A stretch of 20,000 bases of DNA from an uncultured virus (IMG/VR IMGVR_UViG_3300011339_000326) (Duplodnaviria; Heunggongvirae; Uroviricota; Caudoviricetes): the IMG/VR virus record IMGVR_UViG_3300011339_000326; one strand, written 5' to 3'. Under the pieces are notes generated by a model. That model did not search any database and was not told where the DNA came from. It was given only the letters and a program-made list of their open reading frames with translations. The position numbers and the translations under genes are program-made. Of the stretch, positions 15,961 through 20,000 are shown piece after piece; the stretch's first letter is position 1, and each line of letters starts with the position of its first letter.

Positions 15961-17166
15961 ATGGAAGCAGAACGTAAATTGCAGAAGGCGAAGATCGCCT
16001 TGATGCGCAACAAGAACTTTGCCCTGTTGCAGGGCGTGATGATGATTGGCAAGACGCGAGTGGATGAGCACACGCCGACTGCCTGTACTAACGGACGGGA
16101 TGAGGTGTACGGGCGTGAGTTCGTGACCAAGCTGCGTGATCCTGAGTTGTGCTTTGTGATTGCCCACGAGGCAGGGCACAAGATGTACCGGCACATGACC
16201 ACGTGGAAGAAGCTGCACGACGAGGACCACCGGCTAGCCAACATTGCCTGTGACCACGTGATCAACCTGATGCTCAAGGAGTTGGACCCGCAAGGTGTGG
16301 TGATAGCTATGCCTGTGTACCGGGATGGTCCACACAAGGGCAAGCAGATGGGCATGTGCGATGCGCGGTTCAAGAACATGAACAGCAAGCAGGTGTTCGA
16401 CATACTGAAAGAGGAGAAGAAGTCGGGCGGCGGAAGCGGTGAGAGTGGCGACGGTGGCGTCGACGAGCACGACTGGGATGGTGCCGAGGGTATGACCGAC
16501 GAGGAGAAGCGCGAGCTAGTGCGAGACATTGACCAAGCTATACGGCAGGGGTTGATGGCGCACAACAAGCAGGTGGGTGAGGGTGCGGGTGGACTAGACC
16601 GCGAGTTGCAGGAGTTGCTTGAGCCCAAGGTCAACTGGCGTGAGGTGCTGCGTGACTACGTGAAGTCCATGTGTCACAGCAAGGACGCGAGTAGCTGGCG
16701 CAGGGTTAACCGTAGGTTCCTATCCACAGGTGTTTACATGCCGAGCATGATCGGTGAGAAGGTGGGGCATCTGGTGGTTGCGATAGACACATCAGGCTCC
16801 ATTGGGCAGGAGGCGTTATCCGAGTTCCTGTCCGAGGTTAAGGGTATCGCCGAAGAGGTAAGCCCTGAGCTTGTGGACTTGATCTATTGGGACAGCGCAG
16901 TGGCTGCACATGAGACCTACACGGAGTCCGAGGTACCTAACATTGTTAGCTCTACCAAGCCACGAGGCGGTGGGGGTACATCACCTAGCTGTGTGTCGGA
17001 CTACCTGAAGAAGGAGCAGATCGTGCCTCAGTGCGTGATCGTGCTGACTGACGGATACGTGGGTAGTGACTGGGGTAACGACTGGACTGCGCCCGTTATG
17101 TGGGCCATCGTAGGAGGTAATGATGTGGTGGCACCGAACGGCAAAACAATTCACATTAAAGACTAA
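15961..17166 (+). CDS. VWA-domain protein with N-terminal putative metallopeptidase (DUF2201-like)
   Basis: 401 aa with TACTNG, an HExxH motif (HEAGH), NIACDHVIN, MIDAS motif IDTSGS, GGGT and LTDG. Confidence 0.9.
   Translation: MEAERKLQKAKIALMRNKNFALLQGVMMIGKTRVDEHTPTACTNGRDEVYGREFVTKLRDPELCFVIAHEAGHKMYRHMTTWKKLHDEDHRLANIACDHVINLMLKELDPQGVVIAMPVYRDGPHKGKQMGMCDARFKNMNSKQVFDILKEEKKSGGGSGESGDGGVDEHDWDGAEGMTDEEKRELVRDIDQAIRQGLMAHNKQVGEGAGGLDRELQELLEPKVNWREVLRDYVKSMCHSKDASSWRRVNRRFLSTGVYMPSMIGEKVGHLVVAIDTSGSIGQEALSEFLSEVKGIAEEVSPELVDLIYWDSAVAAHETYTESEVPNIVSSTKPRGGGGTSPSCVSDYLKKEQIVPQCVIVLTDGYVGSDWGNDWTAPVMWAIVGGNDVVAPNGKTIHIKD
16937..16949. repeat. 13-bp palindrome copy 10 (CTAACATTGTTAG), intragenic
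   Basis: Encodes P-N-I-V-S in the VWA domain. Confidence 0.95.
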
Positions 17167-17176
17167 GGAGGACGAC

Positions 17177-17422
17177 ATGGTGGTTATAGAGTTTGGCTAC
17201 AACACCAGTAGCTTAGTGATGTCGCCTAAGGATGCGCTGGCGATGGCCGAGATCATGCAGCGTGCGGAGAAGTACGAGAAGAAGTACCGCCCCGGAAGTG
17301 GCGGGGGCGAGAGCAGTTACACGTACCACGTGTGGACTAACCCCGATGAGATCACCATGAAGCTCATCAGCGACGACACCTACCGCATGGCAAAGCTGGC
17401 GGGTAAATCGGAGAAGGAATGA
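17177..17422 (+). CDS. Hypothetical protein
   Basis: Start ATG 17177 after AAGGAGG (MVVIEFGYNT...). Confidence 0.75.
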   Translation: MVVIEFGYNTSSLVMSPKDALAMAEIMQRAEKYEKKYRPGSGGGESSYTYHVWTNPDEITMKLISDDTYRMAKLAGKSEKE

Positions 17423-17859
17423 TGCTAGACCCAGAACTGCAGATCAAACTGCTGATAGCTGAACGACCTTGGGAGCAAGAGTGCAAACACTTCGAGGAGT
17501 GGATTGATAAAGGTACGGGGTACACGTGCACGATCTGGCGACACCCGACGCTAGGCCATCTGTGTGGATACGTGGGGATACCCAAGGGGCACCGCTGCTG
17601 TGGGCTTGGGTACAACGACATGAATGACATCGAGGTTCATGGTGGGCTGACGTACTCAGAGGTAGACGATAAGCGGCAGTTGCATGTGTTTGGATTCGAT
17701 GCTGGTCACGGTGGAGATTATTCACCGGGGCTGACGGTCACTCTGCTGAGGGTTACCGGGGAGTTCAATAGAGTGAGCAGAGGCCAAACGTACCGTACGT
17801 GGGCGTACATGAAAGAGCAAGTGTTGAGTTTGTGTAATCAATTGAAACTGAAGGAGTAA
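17419..17859 (+). CDS. Conserved phage hypothetical protein
   Basis: 146 aa with a GHLCGYVGIP..H...VHGGLTYS...FGFDAGH.GD motif set, recalled as common in phage early regions. Confidence 0.8.
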   Translation: MMLDPELQIKLLIAERPWEQECKHFEEWIDKGTGYTCTIWRHPTLGHLCGYVGIPKGHRCCGLGYNDMNDIEVHGGLTYSEVDDKRQLHVFGFDAGHGGDYSPGLTVTLLRVTGEFNRVSRGQTYRTWAYMKEQVLSLCNQLKLKE

Positions 17860-17863
17860 TGAA

Positions 17864-18715
17864 ATGAGTATTAGTGCATCAGCAGTGTTAGTGGAACTGA
17901 ACATCAGTGTGTGGCCTGCGTCGAAGATCGACCGGGAGACAACTGAGCTAACCAATACAAACGCAGGGGCAGTGCGAGACGCATCGCAGACCAAGAAGAA
18001 CCTGTTCGCAGGTACGGGTTTGCGCAAGGACATCGAGAAGTTCGCTGCTCGGGCTCGGCTGTATCACAACCTGCACACATTGCCGTGGGCTGACAAGGGT
18101 GAGCGCATGCTGCCGACCAAGTTGTTCATGGAGTACAAGCAGACGATTAATGGGTTCGAGCGGACGTTCGACGTTATGTGCCAGAACTTCTTTGTGCAGT
18201 ACCCGCGTCTGGTATCTGAAGCCCCTACCAACCTAGGTGCACTGTACAAGGCAGGTGACTACCCTGACCTTGAGGAGGTCAAGCAGAAGTTCGGGTTCCG
18301 TCGCTCAGTCAACCCCATGCCTGACTCCGGCGACTTTCGCTTGGACATACCAGCAGAGGACTTGGATGATGTGCGAGCAGAGTTCCGCGACAAGTTCGAC
18401 GAGCGGCTGAAGGAGGCTATGCGTGCACCGTGGGACAAGCTGCACTCAATGTTGCTAGGTGTATCTGACAAGCTGAAGGAGGGCAACGAGGGGGACAAGA
18501 AGCGATACCACGACTCACTGCTGACCAACCCACTGGAGTTGTGTGCACTGCTGACTAAGCTCAACGTGACCAACGACCCGCTGTTGGAAGAGGCACGGCG
18601 ACAGGTAGAGCTAACAATGTTAGGGGCTAACATGGACAACATCAAAGAGGACGCTGACTCACGCAGCGAGTTGAAGTCCAAGGTCGATTCGATCTTGGGT
18701 AAGTTTAATTGGTAA
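17864..18715 (+). CDS. DUF3150-like protein
   Basis: 283 aa with LVELNISVW...KNLFAG...HTLPWAD.G.RMLP...YP..EEVKQKF...LN(V)TNDP.LEE motifs. From recollection, this family often neighbours AAA/VWA pairs. Confidence 0.6.
   Translation: MSISASAVLVELNISVWPASKIDRETTELTNTNAGAVRDASQTKKNLFAGTGLRKDIEKFAARARLYHNLHTLPWADKGERMLPTKLFMEYKQTINGFERTFDVMCQNFFVQYPRLVSEAPTNLGALYKAGDYPDLEEVKQKFGFRRSVNPMPDSGDFRLDIPAEDLDDVRAEFRDKFDERLKEAMRAPWDKLHSMLLGVSDKLKEGNEGDKKRYHDSLLTNPLELCALLTKLNVTNDPLLEEARRQVELTMLGANMDNIKEDADSRSELKSKVDSILGKFNW
18611..18623. repeat. 13-bp palindrome copy 11 (CTAACAATGTTAG), intragenic
   Basis: Encodes L-T-M-L. Confidence 0.95.
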
Positions 18716-18725
18716 GGAGAGACAC

Positions 18726-19250
18726 ATGGCAACGAAAAAGAAGACAACCGAGGCACCGGCACCGGTAACACCGATGACCCCCAAGGAGATAGCCTATAAG
18801 CTGCGGGCTAAGTTCATTGTGGCTGCTACCGCAGTAGCTAACGATGCAGTGGCCGACCAAGTAGCGGAAAGCATCATCGCTGACCTGAACGCACAGAAGC
18901 GTGCGGTGACGCTAAGCCTGTTGGGTCTGACTGACAAGTGGGGCAGGTGGGAGGTAGAGAGCCGCGATTCCCCCATCACTAAGCACTTGACAGAAGCGGC
19001 TAGAGCAACGGTTATGCAGTGGGTCAACGATGCTGTCGCCGAGGTGCTGACCGAGGAGCGCAAGGTGAAGGTCAAGAACACCGTTAAGAATGCAATGAAG
19101 GCGCATATAGAGGGCATCGTGAACGATAGCGTACACGACTACACCATTCGGAAAAAAGCCGAGGGACTGGTTGAGACGATGCTGCAGAAAGCCGCAGATG
19201 AGGTACGCGACGAACTTGGACTGGAATTCAAAGTAGGAGCAAAGAAATGA
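18726..19250 (+). CDS. Hypothetical protein (helical)
   Basis: 174 aa, AAGGAG RBS. Confidence 0.8.
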   Translation: MATKKKTTEAPAPVTPMTPKEIAYKLRAKFIVAATAVANDAVADQVAESIIADLNAQKRAVTLSLLGLTDKWGRWEVESRDSPITKHLTEAARATVMQWVNDAVAEVLTEERKVKVKNTVKNAMKAHIEGIVNDSVHDYTIRKKAEGLVETMLQKAADEVRDELGLEFKVGAKK

Positions 19251-20000
19251 GCATAACAAACAACGCGATGGATTTGCCTAACGTACACGCAGCCGAAACC
19301 AAAGAGCCTGTTGGTGCGTACAAGGTAACGTCCATCCTCGCCACAGTCATATGGGAACTGGCATTGAAAAACCCGATGTGGTCGTTCAAAGTAACAAACT
19401 TTAGCTGGGCAGTAGACGACAAACAACAAAGAACGATGGTGGCAAACAAGTTCGTAGTAAGCCACAACTGGGAGACGCTAGGCTCTATTGAGAGAGGGTA
19501 CAAATCGGGGCCGGTCATTGAAATTGAGAATCACCGAATAACCACGCGCCAAAACAACTACAGGACCGAAGATTTTGCGAAAGCTATAGCCAAAGTCCGA
19601 AAGACATTCAAGCCTCGATCAGTGCTAGAGGTAGCAGCAGATGCAGTAGAAAAAGCCGACATTGTTGTTCGTCAAGAGCGTCACAGCAAGGACAGAACGG
19701 TACGCAGGCATATGGAGGAGATCAGACAGAAAGCCATCGACTACGTGACCAAAGGTCCGGGGTACAACTTGTTCTTAGAGCATGCAAAACAGACTGGTGA
19801 TGCGAGCGTACACAACAGCTTGGAGATGCTGCAGATTGCAACGGACGAACTGTCTACTATCGAAGGGATTAGGGACGCTATGGGAGCTAAAAAATCTGCA
19901 CTTATTGTTGTGGATGAGGGTAAATACTTAGTCAAAACTAATGACAATGTTCAACTCTACGACGATACTACCCTCCCCATCGAATTCCGTGAAAAGCTGG
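19247..20000 (+). CDS. Hypothetical protein (truncated at window end)
   Basis: ATG 19247 overlaps the previous TGA, AGGAG RBS. MSITNNAMDLPNVHAAETKEP... stays open to the end of the window. Confidence 0.8.
   Translation, partial: MSITNNAMDLPNVHAAETKEPVGAYKVTSILATVIWELALKNPMWSFKVTNFSWAVDDKQQRTMVANKFVVSHNWETLGSIERGYKSGPVIEIENHRITTRQNNYRTEDFAKAIAKVRKTFKPRSVLEVAADAVEKADIVVRQERHSKDRTVRRHMEEIRQKAIDYVTKGPGYNLFLEHAKQTGDASVHNSLEMLQIATDELSTIEGIRDAMGAKKSALIVVDEGKYLVKTNDNVQLYDDTTLPIEFREKL

Noticed and set aside
15501..16634. Long minus-strand ORF (377 aa) and similar shadow ORFs (3188-3829, 18259-18771, 6237-6740)
   Set aside because: They lie antisense to well-supported genes, have Ser-rich shadow composition and show no recognisable motifs.
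9828..18623. Palindrome copies as a CRISPR array or transposon ends
   Set aside because: Spacing is irregular (0.3-1.7 kb), most copies are intragenic and only 13-17 bp, and there is no cas or transposase gene.
16237..19666. Partial motif look-alikes (CCAACATTGCC near 16238, CGACATTGTTG near 19657, GCTAACATGG near 18626)
   Set aside because: Three or more mismatches or half-sites only, which is expected by chance.

Overview
A 20 kb slice of a tailed dsDNA phage (Caudoviricetes) genome, with two arms diverging from a G-tract-rich intergenic junction at about 8.9-9.2 kb. The left arm (minus strand) is a head/packaging operon: putative small terminase, large terminase, portal, small ORF, GroES-like co-chaperonin, scaffold-like protein, two head-associated genes and the major capsid protein, then an intrinsic terminator and a truncated HNH-type gene. 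The right arm (mostly plus strand) looks like an early region. It has sigma70-type promoters, an HNH gene, a putative tandem ribbon-helix-helix protein, many small overlapping hypothetical genes, a C4 Zn-finger protein, a DUF2591-like protein, a MoxR-like AAA ATPase plus a VWA/HExxH partner, and a DUF3150-like protein. The most striking signal is a 13-bp palindrome, CTAACAnTGTTAG, with 11 full copies between 9.8 and 18.6 kb. Seven copies lie inside coding sequences in both stop-free frames, and I found none in the 9 kb structural arm. This points to a dispersed, arm-specific protein-binding-site system. Family assignments come from motif recognition only; no searches were run.
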